32,000 bases of DNA from Escherichia coli (GTDB lineage Bacteria > Pseudomonadota > Gammaproteobacteria > Enterobacterales > Enterobacteriaceae): assembly GCF_017352035.1 (NCBI RefSeq), contig NZ_CP071439.1; one strand, written 5' to 3'. Below the pieces are notes generated by a model. It ran no database searches. It saw only the letters and a program-made list of their open reading frames with translations, and had not been told where the DNA came from. Positions 1 to 16,106 of this stretch are shown here, piece by piece; the first letter of the stretch is position 1; each line of letters starts with the position of its first letter. The translations under genes were made by a program, and so were the position numbers.

Positions 1-286
1 GCAGCATCCTAAAATTCACGATGCCTGTGTGGTTGCGATGCCCGATGAACGTTTAGGTGAACGCTCATGCGCTTATGTCGTGCTGAAAGCACCGCATCAT
101 TCATTATCGCTGGAAGAGGTGGTGGCTTTTTTTAGCCGTAAACGGGTCGCGAAATATAAATATCCTGAACATATCGTGGTAATCGAAAAACTACCGCGCA
201 CTGCCTCAGGTAAAATACAAAAGTTTTTGTTAAGGAAAGATATTATGCGGAGATTAACTCAGGATGTCTGTGAAGAGATTGAATAA
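1..286 (+). CDS. fadK: C-terminal fragment of short-chain acyl-CoA synthetase (AMP-forming ligase), 5' end outside window
   Basis: Frame open from base 2 (QHPKIHDACVVAMPDERLGERSCAYVVL...KLPRTASGKIQKFLLR); PRTxSGKIQKxxLR is the C-terminal motif of acyl-adenylate ligases; position next to ppsA fits fadK (ydiD). Confidence 0.88.
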   Translation, partial: QHPKIHDACVVAMPDERLGERSCAYVVLKAPHHSLSLEEVVAFFSRKRVAKYKYPEHIVVIEKLPRTASGKIQKFLLRKDIMRRLTQDVCEEIE

Positions 287-311
287 GTTTCATCTTCGGG
301 GATCACATAAA

Positions 312-345
312 CCCGGCGACTGAACGCCGCCGGGGATTTATTTTA
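312..345 (+). terminator. Intrinsic terminator-like hairpin between convergent fadK and ppsA (possibly bidirectional)
   Basis: CCCGGCG (312-318) / CGCCGGG (328-334) followed by GATTTATTTT. Confidence 0.6.
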
Positions 346-2721
346 TTTCTTCAGTTCAGCCAGGCTTAACCAGGTTTGCACCACGGTATCCGGGTTCAGA
401 GACAGGCTATCGATCCCTTCTTCCATCAACCATGCGGCAAAGTCTTCGTGGTCGGACGGGCCCTGACCGCAAATCCCGACATATTTGCCCTGTTTCTTCG
501 CGGCACGAATCGCCATCGACAGCAGTGCTTTCACCGCATCGTTGCGCTCATCGAACAGTTCAGACACCACTCCGGAGTCACGGTCCAGACCGAGCGCCAG
601 CTGTGTCATGTCGTTTGAGCCAATTGAGAAGCCGTCGAAATATTCGAGGAACTGCTCTGCCAGCAAGGCGTTGGACGGAATTTCACACATCATGATGATT
701 TTCAGCCCGTTCTCACCACGTTTCAGCCCCTGACGCGCCAATTCGTCAACCACCGCTTTCGCCTGATCTACGGTACGCACGAACGGGATCATGATCTCAA
801 CGTTGGTCAGTCCCATGTCGTTGCGCACACGTTTCACTGCTTCACACTCCAGCGCAAAGCAGTCGCGGAAGCTGTCGGAAACATAGCGGCCCGCGCCACG
901 GAAGCCGAGCATCGGGTTCTCTTCATCTGGCTCGTAACGCTCACCACCGACCAGGTTGGCATATTCGTTCGATTTAAAATCAGAGAGACGGACAATGACG
1001 CGCTTCGGATAAAACGCGGCACCCAGCGTCGCGATCCCTTCAGTCAGACGCCCAACGTAAAATTCACGCGGAGAATCAAAACCTTTCATCATCTCGCGGA
1101 TTTCGTTTTGCAACTGCGGTTCCTGATCGTCAAACTCAAGCAGTGCGCGTGGGTGGACGCCAATCATACGGTTGATGATAAATTCCAGACGCGCAAGGCC
1201 CACGCCTTCGTTCGGCAGGCAGGCGAAGTCGAAAGCACGGTCCGGGTTACCGACGTTCATCATTACTTTCAACGGCAGATCCGGCATCGTTTCTACGCTG
1301 GAGCTTTTCACGCTAAATTCCAGCAACTCCGCATAGACATAACCGGTATCACCTTCGGCACAAGAAACAGTGACGTTCTCACCGTCTTTCATCCGTTCTG
1401 TTGCATCACCACAGCCCACTACCGCCGGAATGCCGAGTTCACGAGCGATGATCGCCGCGTGACAGGTACGCCCCCCACGGTTGGTGACGATGGCAGATGC
1501 TTTCTTCATGATCGGTTCCCAGTCCGGGTCGGTCATGTCAGTAACCAGCACGTCGCCAGGTTCGATGCGGTTCATTTCGCTGATGTCATGGATGACTTTC
1601 ACCGGACCCGCGCCGATGCGATGACCGATAGCACGGCCTTCGGCGATAATCTTACCCTGTGAATGCAGCGTATAACGCTCCATGACCTGACCGCGTGAGC
1701 GCACGGTTTCCGGACGCGCCTGCACAATGAACAGTTTGCCGGTGTGGCCATCTTTCGCCCACTCAATATCCATCGGGCGACCGTAGTGTTTCTCAATTTG
1801 TACGGCCTGTTTTGCCAGTTCCTGCACTTCTTCGTTGCTCAGCGAGAAGATGTCACGCTGTTCCTGCGGTACGTCTTCGATTTTAACCTGCTTGCCGTGC
1901 TCCTGGGTCGGCGCGTAGACCATGCGGATTTTTTTCGACCCCATGGTGCGGCGCACGATAGCCGGGCGATTCGCCGCCAGTGTCGGTTTATGCACGTAAA
2001 ACTCATCCGGGTTAACCGCACCCTGCACGACCATTTCACCAAGGCCCCATGCGGAAGTGATAAACACCACCTGGTCAAAGCCGGATTCGGTATCAATGGA
2101 GAACATCACGCCAGAAGATGCGAGGTCGGAGCGCACCATCCGCTGAACACCGGCGGAGAGCGCCACGCCACGGTGATCGTAACCCTGGTGCACACGATAA
2201 GAGATGGCGCGATCGTTAAACAGAGAAGCAAATACATGTTTCACTGCCACGAGAACGGCGTCAAAACCCTGAACGTTGAGGAAAGTTTCCTGCTGACCGG
2301 CAAAAGAAGCGTCCGGCATATCTTCTGCGGTAGCGGAGGAACGCACCGCAAACGAGGCGTTTTCGTCATCGGCGGAAAGCTGTGCATAGGCTTCGCGGAT
2401 GGCGTTTTCCAGCTCAGGCTGGAAGGGAGTGTCGATAATCCACTGGCGGATTTGCGCGCCCGCTTTCGCAAGCTGGGTAACATCGTCAATATCCGTTTTA
2501 TCCAGCAGTTCATAAATGCGCTGGTTTACGCCGCTTTGGTCCAGAAACTGGTTAAACGCGTCGGCGGTTGTGGCGAAACCATTCGGAACGGAAACACCCA
2601 TTCCGGAAAGGTTAGTAATCATTTCACCCAGGGAGGCATTTTTGCCCCCAACCCTGTCTACATCATTCATGCCGAGTTGGTTATACCAAAGCACCAGCGG
2701 TGACGAGCCATTGTTGGACAT
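343..2721 (-). CDS. ppsA: Phosphoenolpyruvate synthase (pyruvate, water dikinase)
   Basis: 792 aa ORF with PEP-utilising phosphohistidine motif ([21 protein letters not shown]) and C-terminal PEP/pyruvate domain ([30 protein letters not shown]-like). Confidence 0.98.
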   Translation of the reverse strand: MSNNGSSPLVLWYNQLGMNDVDRVGGKNASLGEMITNLSGMGVSVPNGFATTADAFNQFLDQSGVNQRIYELLDKTDIDDVTQLAKAGAQIRQWIIDTPFQPELENAIREAYAQLSADDENASFAVRSSATAEDMPDASFAGQQETFLNVQGFDAVLVAVKHVFASLFNDRAISYRVHQGYDHRGVALSAGVQRMVRSDLASSGVMFSIDTESGFDQVVFITSAWGLGEMVVQGAVNPDEFYVHKPTLAANRPAIVRRTMGSKKIRMVYAPTQEHGKQVKIEDVPQEQRDIFSLSNEEVQELAKQAVQIEKHYGRPMDIEWAKDGHTGKLFIVQARPETVRSRGQVMERYTLHSQGKIIAEGRAIGHRIGAGPVKVIHDISEMNRIEPGDVLVTDMTDPDWEPIMKKASAIVTNRGGRTCHAAIIARELGIPAVVGCGDATERMKDGENVTVSCAEGDTGYVYAELLEFSVKSSSVETMPDLPLKVMMNVGNPDRAFDFACLPNEGVGLARLEFIINRMIGVHPRALLEFDDQEPQLQNEIREMMKGFDSPREFYVGRLTEGIATLGAAFYPKRVIVRLSDFKSNEYANLVGGERYEPDEENPMLGFRGAGRYVSDSFRDCFALECEAVKRVRNDMGLTNVEIMIPFVRTVDQAKAVVDELARQGLKRGENGLKIIMMCEIPSNALLAEQFLEYFDGFSIGSNDMTQLALGLDRDSGVVSELFDERNDAVKALLSMAIRAAKKQGKYVGICGQGPSDHEDFAAWLMEEGIDSLSLNPDTVVQTWLSLAELKK

Positions 2722-2809
2722 CGAACAATCCTTTTGTGATAAATGAACGGTTTGAGAAACACATTTCTGCGCATTTATCTTTGCATATTTAACCGGATGA
2801 AAAAAACGG

Positions 2810-2821
2810 TGAATCGTTCAA
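2810..2821 (+). promoter_or_regulatory. Probable Cra (FruR) binding site upstream of ppsA
   Basis: TGAATCGTTCAA matches the Cra consensus TGAAWCSNTHHW; ppsA is a known Cra-activated gene. Confidence 0.65.
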
Positions 2822-3053
2822 GCAAATATATTTTTTTACTTTTTAAGACTGATCCCAGCGTTGCGCAAATCTGCTCTCTTCGACAATTTCCACATAAACC
2901 ATCGGTATAAACGAAACCGTAAAAATGAAATGCTGTTTTCATAAAAAATAAAATTGAAGGTTCATTTTATAAACCAGACATAACGTTCTACGCTTCTGTG
3001 CGTTTTTAATTTATGCTTTCATAGAATTATGTCTGCATCACGGGAAGAACAAA

Positions 3054-3887
3054 ATGGATAATGCTGTTGATCGCCACGTTTTTTATATTTCTGATGGTAC
3101 GGCAATAACTGCGGAGGTATTAGGACACGCAGTAATGTCACAATTTCCCGTCACTATCAGCAGCATTACGCTGCCGTTTGTCGAAAATGAGAGCCGTGCA
3201 CGGGCAGTGAAGGATCAGATTGACGCAATTTATCACCAGACAGGTGTGCGCCCGCTGGTCTTCTACTCCATCGTGTTGCCGGAGATTCGCGCCATCATCT
3301 TGCAAAGTGAGGGCTTTTGCCAGGATATCGTTCAGGCGCTGGTTGCCCCGCTACAACAAGAGATGAAACTGGATCCCACGCCGATTGCTCATCGTACCCA
3401 TGGCCTTAACCCTAATAATCTCAATAAATATGATGCGCGCATTGCTGCGATTGATTACACCCTCGCCCACGATGATGGCATTTCGTTACGCAATCTGGAC
3501 CAGGCTCAGGTGATCCTGCTCGGCGTTTCTCGCTGTGGTAAAACCCCCACCAGTCTGTATCTGGCAATGCAGTTTGGTATCCGCGCGGCAAACTACCCCT
3601 TTATTGCCGACGATATGGATAATCTGGTGCTACCCGCGTCGCTCAAACCGCTTCAGCATAAATTGTTCGGCCTGACTATCGACCCGGAACGTCTGGCGGC
3701 GATTCGCGAGGAACGTCGGGAGAACAGTCGCTATGCCTCGCTTCGTCAGTGCAGGATGGAAGTCGCGGAAGTAGAAGCCTTGTACCGTAAAAATCAGATC
3801 CCGTGGATTAACAGTACCAATTATTCGGTAGAAGAGATTGCCACCAAGATCCTCGATATCATGGGCCTTAGCCGTCGAATGTACTAG
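3054..3887 (+). CDS. ppsR: PEP synthase regulatory protein (bifunctional kinase / pyrophosphorylase, DUF299 family)
   Basis: 277 aa; P-loop-like [15 protein letters not shown]; divergent from ppsA; recognised PpsR/YdiA sequence. Confidence 0.96.
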
Positions 3888-3898
3888 AGAACTAGTGC
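3881..3898 (+). promoter_or_regulatory. TrpR operator of aroH
   Basis: GTACTAGAGAACTAGTGC, palindromic CTAG...CTAG core as in trp-family operators; a -10-like TATCAT lies at 3917-3922. Confidence 0.8.
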
Positions 3899-4043
3899 AT
3901 TAACTTGTTTTTTTGTTATCATGCTAACCACCCGGCGAGGTGTGACACACCTCGCACTTGAAATCAGCTGCGATTGGTTTATCGTGATGCGCATCACTTC
4001 CCGGTAGTCCTGCCGTAGAAGCAACAAATTTCTGAGACTTGTA

Positions 4044-5090
4044 ATGAACAGAACTGACGAACTCCGTACTGCGCGTATTGAGAGCCTGGTAACGCCCGCC
4101 GAACTCGCGCTACGGTATCCCGTAACGCCTGGCGTCGCCACCCATGTCACCGACTCCCGCCGCAGAATTGAAAAAATACTGAATGGTGAAGATAAGCGAC
4201 TGTTGGTCATTATTGGCCCCTGCTCGATCCACGATCTCACCGCTGCAATGGAGTACGCCACCCGTCTGCAGTCGCTGCGCAACCAGTACCAGTCACGGCT
4301 GGAAATCGTAATGCGCACCTATTTTGAAAAACCACGAACTGTTGTCGGCTGGAAAGGGCTAATCTCCGATCCGGATTTAAACGGCAGCTATCGGGTAAAT
4401 CACGGTCTGGAGCTGGCGCGCAAATTACTTTTACAGGTAAATAAGCTGGGCGTCCCCACCGCGACTGAGTTCCTCGATATGGTGACCGGTCAGTTTATTG
4501 CTGATTTAATCAGTTGGGGCGCGATTGGCGCACGTACTACCGAAAGTCAGATCCACCGTGAAATGGCTTCGGCACTCTCCTGTCCGGTAGGTTTTAAAAA
4601 TGGTACCGATGGCAACACGCGGATTGCTGTGGATGCTATCCGCGCAGCCCGCGCCAGCCATATGTTCCTCTCGCCAGACAAAAATGGTCAGATGACCATC
4701 TATCAGACCAGCGGCAACCCGTATGGCCACATTATTATGCGTGGCGGCAAAAAACCGAATTATCATGCCGATGATATCGCCGCAGCCTGCGATACGCTGC
4801 ACGAATTTGATTTGCCTGAACATCTGGTGGTGGATTTCAGCCACGGTAACTGCCAGAAGCAGCACCGTCGCCAGTTAGAAGTTTGTGAGGATATTTGTCA
4901 GCAAATCCGCAATGGCTCTACGGCGATTGCTGGAATTATGGCGGAAAGTTTCCTGCGCGAAGGAACGCAAAAAATCGTCGGCGGTCAGCCGCTCACTTAC
5001 GGTCAATCGATTACCGACCCGTGTCTGGGCTGGGAAGATACCGAACGCCTGGTCGAAAAACTCGCCTCTGCGGTAGATACCCGCTTCTGA
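4044..5090 (+). CDS. aroH: 3-deoxy-7-phosphoheptulonate (DAHP) synthase, Trp-sensitive isozyme
   Basis: 348 aa ORF with LLVIIGPCSIHD, DLISWGAIGARTTESQ, HGNCQKQ motifs; TrpR-like operator upstream. Confidence 0.97.
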   Translation: MNRTDELRTARIESLVTPAELALRYPVTPGVATHVTDSRRRIEKILNGEDKRLLVIIGPCSIHDLTAAMEYATRLQSLRNQYQSRLEIVMRTYFEKPRTVVGWKGLISDPDLNGSYRVNHGLELARKLLLQVNKLGVPTATEFLDMVTGQFIADLISWGAIGARTTESQIHREMASALSCPVGFKNGTDGNTRIAVDAIRAARASHMFLSPDKNGQMTIYQTSGNPYGHIIMRGGKKPNYHADDIAAACDTLHEFDLPEHLVVDFSHGNCQKQHRRQLEVCEDICQQIRNGSTAIAGIMAESFLREGTQKIVGGQPLTYGQSITDPCLGWEDTERLVEKLASAVDTRF

Positions 5091-5096
5091 ATGCGT

Positions 5097-5124
5097 GCCC
5101 ATTCCTGATGGGATGGGCATTTCT
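5097..5124 (+). terminator. Terminator-like hairpin downstream of aroH
   Basis: GCCCATTCC (5097-5105) / GGGATGGGC (5110-5118), 4-nt loop, short T-rich tail. Confidence 0.5.
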
Positions 5125-5180
5125 GCGCAACTTGTTGTCTTCTCAACAAATTACTGCTTGCTCTGGCCCGCCATAATATT

Positions 5181-5199
5181 GATAATAAGAATCATTGTT
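5181..5199 (+). promoter_or_regulatory. Candidate Fur box upstream of ydiE
   Basis: GATAATAAGAATCATTGTT matches 15/19 positions of GATAATGATAATCATTATC by eye. Confidence 0.6.
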
Positions 5200-5221
5200 A
5201 TATCAATTATTATTAATCTTT

Positions 5222-5413
5222 ATGCGTTATACGGATAGCAGAAAACTCACGCCTGAAACGGATGCCAATCACAAGACCGCTTCCCCGCAGCCCATTCGGC
5301 GAATTACCAGCCAGACACTGTTAGGCCCGGATGGCAAACTGATTATCGATCATGACGGGCAAGAATATCTGCTCCGTAAAACTCAGGCTGGCAAGCTGCT
5401 GTTGACCAAGTAG
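5222..5413 (+). CDS. ydiE: Hemin uptake protein HemP family, 63 aa
   Basis: [18 protein letters not shown]...[31 protein letters not shown]; internal ATG at 5222 preferred over 5195 because it gives the familiar protein length. Confidence 0.9.
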   Translation: MRYTDSRKLTPETDANHKTASPQPIRRITSQTLLGPDGKLIIDHDGQEYLLRKTQAGKLLLTK

Positions 5414-5416
5414 CCT

Positions 5417-6892
<1,476 letters not shown>

Positions 6893-6915
6893 TTAAACAC
6901 CAGCAAACAGGAGGG

Positions 6916-7629
6916 TTATCGCTGAACCAACGTCGTTATCTGATTTATGGGAACGGCAGGCCACAGACATCCCTGGAGAGCATGGAAATCGAAGGGGGTA
7001 ATCTGTGCTAATATTTCTGGCGTATCAATGCCCCCCGCGATGATGCAATTGCAACAAGGGGAAATTTGCGCCTGAATCGCACGAATAAACGGTTCGAAGG
7101 AGCGATGCGTGATTTGTTGCTGAATAAAACTTTTATCCAGCATTACGCGGGTGAAAAGACCATCAAAAACCGCTTTCATTGTGCTATTGCCTGTGCCCAA
7201 ATTACCTAACACAAGGGGATACATTTGCGATAAGGAAAAAAGATCGCGATTATCTTTTCCTTCATCGAGATGCGGGTAATTCTCATTAATCAACAGTTCA
7301 ATAAACGGATATTTTAATAGTTCGCCTGCGTAATTATCCCTGTCTAATAATAAAGTAGCCACTTGTGGGGTTAAATTAAGCCAGGCAAAGAGTTTATGTT
7401 GAATAAAAAAGTGTTGGCATGATTTTAGTAATTCCAACTGCTCTGAAAATAATTGCCAATGTTGCTCCGCGGTAAGTTGCGCTATAACCCGACTCGTCGG
7501 GATACGAACCGTACCATCTTCACTGGAGAAATGGGTAATTAACTCAACGCCGACAAGGTCTTGCTGGTTATCTCTTATCGGCAGGAAATAGCAATCAGAA
7601 TGATAAAGATTCTCCAAAAAAATCTTCAT
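6916..7629 (-). CDS. rflP: Anti-FlhD4C2 factor, degenerate EAL-domain protein
   Basis: 237 aa MKIFLENLYHSDCYFLPIRDNQQDLVGVELITHF...; EAL signature replaced by ELI; recognised YdiV. Confidence 0.93.
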   Translation of the reverse strand: MKIFLENLYHSDCYFLPIRDNQQDLVGVELITHFSSEDGTVRIPTSRVIAQLTAEQHWQLFSEQLELLKSCQHFFIQHKLFAWLNLTPQVATLLLDRDNYAGELLKYPFIELLINENYPHLDEGKDNRDLFSLSQMYPLVLGNLGTGNSTMKAVFDGLFTRVMLDKSFIQQQITHRSFEPFIRAIQAQISPCCNCIIAGGIDTPEILAQITPFDFHALQGCLWPAVPINQITTLVQR

Positions 7630-7833
7630 GGTAACCGTCCCTCTCGAAGGATGTTTTTCAGTATCCGGCTAAAAGGGATGAGGCCATAAGACATAACAAT
7701 TACAGAAGGAGTAACTTTCATTTGTTCCATGTTAACCACTTTTTCAGGGGTCCTTTTATTAGATTATCCTGATTATAAACGAATAATCCATTTACGGAAT
7801 TTTTGTCTGTAAAATACTACTGTATTCAGGAGT

Positions 7834-7866
7834 AAATGGACGGAGATGTATCATCGCCGTCCATTT
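7834..7866 (-). terminator. Terminator-like hairpin downstream of nlpC
   Basis: AAATGGACGG (7834-7843) / CCGTCCATTT (7857-7866) with inner GATG/CATC pairing. Confidence 0.5.
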
Positions 7867-7875
7867 TTCGACATA

Positions 7876-8340
7876 CTAGATTCGTCTCGCCTGCCAGAAA
7901 TTTTTCTGCCAATAGACATTATCGAGTGAGGAACGCATCACTCCCTTGCTGGTAGAGGCGTGGATAAATTGGTTGTTGGTATCGTAAATACCTACATGCA
8001 AACCATTTTGTCCGGAACCCGTTTTGAAAAAGACCAGGTCACCAGGCAGCAACTCGTCTTTATCAATTTGCGTGCCGATAGAGGCTTGTTCTTTGGTTTC
8101 TCGGGGCAGCTGCAAATCGAAACGATCGCGCATCGTCACAACTACAAATCCCGAACAGTCCACACCGCGCCGCGTCATGCCACCATAACGATACGGCGTG
8201 CCATGCCAGCTTTGTAGCTGGTCGTTCAAACCGGCAATAACGGTAATCGAATCAGAAAGTCTGGCATTTGGCGGCGGTGCTTTATGGTGGCTACACCCGG
8301 CCAGAAACAGTGCTGTGATCAAAATAAGGCAGAAACGCAT
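7876..8340 (-). CDS. nlpC: NlpC/P60 family lipoprotein peptidase
   Basis: 154 aa; lipobox LFLAGC; GVDCSGFVVVTM and HVGIYDTNNQFIHAS (Cys/His catalytic motifs). Confidence 0.95.
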   Translation of the reverse strand: MRFCLILITALFLAGCSHHKAPPPNARLSDSITVIAGLNDQLQSWHGTPYRYGGMTRRGVDCSGFVVVTMRDRFDLQLPRETKEQASIGTQIDKDELLPGDLVFFKTGSGQNGLHVGIYDTNNQFIHASTSKGVMRSSLDNVYWQKNFWQARRI

Positions 8341-8417
8341 TCCGTACGGTTCCTCTGTTTTTTATTCTTGCATTAATTTAGCGTCGTAATTACCCGATTT
8401 TCAAGATACTAATGAAA

Positions 8418-9167
8418 TCAGATGGTCGAAATCAGCATTCGGTGACCTTCGATATCCAGACGGCGAAAATTCATCCCATAGGCCTGCGCCAGATTTGGCG
8501 GCGTGAGCACCTCTTCTCTGCGTCCACTGGCCAGCATTTTTCCACCTTTTAGCAACCACGCCCGATGCGCATGACGCAATGTGTGGTTGAGATCGTGACT
8601 GCTCATCACAATCGCCAGTCCTTGCTGACACAGCGCGCTCAGAATTTTGTCTAACGCACTTTGTTGCGCAACATCAAGACTGTTCATCGGCTCATCAAGA
8701 AGCAGCAATTGGCCTGCGGGATTGGCTTGTGGTGTGATTTGCAGCACCACCGCAGCAAGACGTACGCGTTGCCATTCGCCGCCGGAAAGTTGATTGGTGC
8801 TACGTCCGAGTTTGTCATCAAGAGCCAGCGCCCCTGCGACATCATTCAGTAGTTCGGTACGCGTTTTATCGTGCTGATGCAGTGTCAGGTAGTGCCAGAC
8901 CGGCATTGCAAACGGTGGCGTCTGTTGTTGTGAAAGATAGGCTCGATGCAGCGCGAGTTTTGTTGCGGACCATGCTTCCAGTGGTTGCCCCGCGAACTGA
9001 ATGCTTCCCTTACCGCTGGTCATTCCGGCCATTCGCGCCAGTAAGGTACTCTTACCCGCGCCGTTCGGCCCCACCAGATGCAGGATCTCCCCAGCCCGAA
9101 CCTCGCCAGAAAGCGGCCCCAGGCGGGTAGATTCCGCAACATCCTGTAACTGCATCACAATAGACAT
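8418..9167 (-). CDS. btuD: Vitamin B12 ABC transporter ATP-binding protein
   Basis: 249 aa; Walker [10 protein letters not shown], signature LSGGEWQR, Walker B LLLLDEP. Confidence 0.96.
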
Positions 9168-9718
9168 TATTTCGCCAACGCCAGTTTAATGCTTTCCATC
9201 ACAATGGGATCTTCCGGCGTCATATCCGGGGAAAAACGCTGGATGACCAATCCGTCCCTGCCAACTAAAAATTTCTCAAAATTCCATAAAATATCATCAA
9301 GGTACAGCGGTGCACGACCTTTGCTGACCATACGGGCATAGAATCCGCTCTCTTCCGGCGCGACTGCGGTCGGCGCTGCGGCAATCAATTTTTGATACAG
9401 CGGATGGCGTCCTTCGCCATTAACTTCAATCTTACTGAACATCGGGAACGTCACCCCCCATGTAGTGGTGCAGTAAGTTTTAATCTCTTCATCGCTGCCC
9501 GGTTCTTGCTCCAGAAACTGGTTGCACGGGAATCCCAGCACCACAAAACCACGATCGGCCCAGGCTTTCTGAATATTCTCCAACTGCTCATATTGCGGCG
9601 TTAAGCCACACTTTGAGGCGACATTGACAATCAACAGCACATTACCGGCGTACTTCTCCAGCGTGGTCACTTCACCGTCGATATCTTTCACTACGGTCGT
9701 CAGAATGGAATCTTGCAT
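9167..9718 (-). CDS. btuE: Glutathione/thioredoxin peroxidase BtuE
   Basis: 183 aa; [31 protein letters not shown]; overlaps btuD start by 1 nt (TAATG). Confidence 0.96.
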
Positions 9719-9780
9719 CGTTTCTCCTGGGTGTGGTCAGTAAAAATCTTAGCTTTTAATCATAGACCGTCTTTTTGCGG

Positions 9781-10761
9781 CTAACGTCCTGCTTTTAACA
9801 ATAACCAGATAAACACCGGCGCACCCAACGTTGCGGTGACCACGCCAATAGGCAGCTCTGCGGCAGCTAATGCCAGGCGCGCTACAACATCGGCCAGCAG
9901 CAATGCGCTCGCCCCTGCCAGCGCGCAGCCGGGAAGTAATACGCGATGATCGGTCAAACCACATAACCGGAGAATATGTGGGATCACCAGACCAATAAAG
10001 CCGATAGCACCCGCCAACGCCACACTGACGCCAACCATCCAGCCGGTCGCTGCCACCAGCACATTGCGCCAGAACCACAGGGGTAAACCCAGTTGCCGCG
10101 CCGAGATCTCGCCAAGTGCTAACATATTCATCGGCCTGGACTGACAACAGATCCACAACAACACGGGGATCAATGCCAGCATCAGCCAGCTTTGCCGCCA
10201 GTCTACGCCGCCAAAACCGCCCATCATCCAGTACATCAGCTGACGTAAATCAACAGAGGTGGAAAAGTAGATAGCCCACGTCATTAGTGCGCTACAGATA
10301 ATCCCTAATGCAACGCCAGCCAGCAATAACCGACTGGTCGAAAGATGACGACGGGCGAAACGTAAGAGTATTAAAGTGATGATAAGCGCGCCAGCAATCG
10401 CACACAGCCCCAGCGCCCAGTTGGGGAGTTGCCCTTGCCCAAGCAATACAGCGGCGATAAGCCCCACGCCTGCGCCATTAGAGACGCCAAGTAGTCCAGG
10501 TTCTGCCAGAGGATTTTCAAATAACGCCTGCATTACAGCGCCGGATATAGCCAACGCCGCACCAACCAGCAATACAGCCAGCGTACGTGGCAGGCGAATC
10601 TGCCAGACGAACAGTTCGCCTCGAGGAGAAAACCAGTCACCTGGCGAGATCCATTGTTCACCGGCGCAAAGGCTTAAGAGAAGCGCCAGCAGCATCAAAA
10701 CTGACAGGCATAATAACCAGCGAATATTTTGTCGCTGTTGTTGTCGGGCAAGTGTCAGCAT
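9781..10761 (-). CDS. btuC: Vitamin B12 ABC transporter permease
   Basis: 326 aa FecCD-family permease ([17 protein letters not shown]...). Confidence 0.96.
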   Translation of the reverse strand: MLTLARQQQRQNIRWLLCLSVLMLLALLLSLCAGEQWISPGDWFSPRGELFVWQIRLPRTLAVLLVGAALAISGAVMQALFENPLAEPGLLGVSNGAGVGLIAAVLLGQGQLPNWALGLCAIAGALIITLILLRFARRHLSTSRLLLAGVALGIICSALMTWAIYFSTSVDLRQLMYWMMGGFGGVDWRQSWLMLALIPVLLWICCQSRPMNMLALGEISARQLGLPLWFWRNVLVAATGWMVGVSVALAGAIGFIGLVIPHILRLCGLTDHRVLLPGCALAGASALLLADVVARLALAAAELPIGVVTATLGAPVFIWLLLKAGR

Positions 10762-10823
10762 GGTATCCGTTCTGCTGAAGTGTCATGGCGTTGATTTTAC
10801 GGTGACTCTTCGACAGTGAAAAG

Positions 10824-10850
10824 AAAAAAGGCCGCAGAGCGGCCTTTTTA
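10824..10850 (-). terminator. Intrinsic terminator of the pheST-ihfA operon, upstream of btuC
   Basis: GGCCGC-AGA-GCGGCC stem with T-rich tract on the minus strand (AAGAAAAAAGGCC on plus). Confidence 0.8.
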
Positions 10851-10861
10851 GTTAGATCAGA

Positions 10862-11161
10862 TTACTCGTCTTTGGGCGAAGCGTTTTCGACCCGGCTTTT
10901 TAACTTCTGCCCGGGTCTGAAGGTCACCACGCGCCGTGCTGTAATGGGAATATCCTCGCCCGTTTTCGGGTTACGTCCCGGGCGTTGATTCTTATCACGC
11001 AGATCGAAGTTACCAAAACCAGAGAGTTTCACCTGTTCGCCGTTTTCCAGAGCGCGACGGATCTCTTCGAAAAACAGTTCAACCAGTTCTTTGGCATCCC
11101 GCTTGCTAAGCCCAAGCTTATCAAACAGATATTCTGACATTTCAGCTTTTGTAAGCGCCAT
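10862..11161 (-). CDS. ihfA: Integration host factor subunit alpha
   Basis: 99 aa HU/IHF protein, [35 protein letters not shown]... Confidence 0.99.
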
Positions 11162-11165
11162 AGGT

Positions 11166-13556
<2,391 letters not shown>

Positions 13557-13567
13557 CTATTCCTGCC

Positions 13568-14593
<1,026 letters not shown>

Positions 14594-14617
14594 TTAATTT
14601 TTTCAAAACGCGCATAC

Positions 14618-14642
14618 AAAAAAAGCCTCCACTGGGAGGCTT
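14618..14642 (-). terminator. pheST attenuator terminator
   Basis: GCCTCC-CAGT-GGAGGC stem followed by T7 on the minus strand, between pheM and pheS. Confidence 0.85.
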
Positions 14643-14689
14643 TCAGGCGCTGTTTTCCGTTTCTCTTCTCACGCGCTAGCCTCCTGGAG

Positions 14690-14734
14690 TCAGGTGCTAA
14701 AGTAAAAAAAGAAGCGGAAAATAGCAGCATTCAT
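14690..14734 (-). CDS. pheM: pheST operon leader peptide [14 protein letters not shown]
   Basis: Translated by hand: 14 aa with 5 Phe, upstream of the attenuator hairpin. Confidence 0.95.
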
Positions 14735-14823
14735 TGCTTGCGTTACCTTTTGGTACTTTTCAAAAGACCTTTATTGAAAAGGCTACGGCGATAAAAGTCA
14801 ATGTTTTGATGGCGTTGAAACGA

Positions 14824-14848
14824 AAAGAGGGAGACTAGCTCCCTCTTT
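14824..14848 (-). terminator. Hairpin downstream of rplT, probable terminator of the infC-rpmI-rplT transcript
   Basis: AAAGAGGGAG / CTCCCTCTTT 10-bp perfect stem with 5-nt loop, 3' of rplT. Confidence 0.55.
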
Positions 14849-14856
14849 CAACTGGC

Positions 14857-15240
<384 letters not shown>

Positions 15241-15266
15241 TTAAAAAGTTAAAAAACGTTAACGGC

Positions 15267-15488
<222 letters not shown>

Positions 15489-15560
15489 TTAATAAACGAA
15501 ACAAAGGCGAACAATGCCTGTGAAGCCCAAAGGCTCCACAGACAGTGCTACTTGAAGGCC

Positions 15561-16106
<546 letters not shown>

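Noticed and set aside
1744-2703. 319-aa plus-strand ORF antisense to ppsA
   Set aside because: Lies entirely inside the well-conserved ppsA gene in an opposite frame; a known artefact of GC-rich, strongly biased codon usage, with no recognisable domain.
3884-4318. 144-aa minus-strand ORF covering the aroH promoter and N-terminus
   Set aside because: Overlaps the TrpR operator and aroH coding sequence; no coding support.
9167-9718. btuE between btuC and btuD as a novel B12-linked redox system
   Set aside because: This is the usual E. coli btuCED arrangement and BtuE is already characterised as a peroxidase dispensable for B12 transport.
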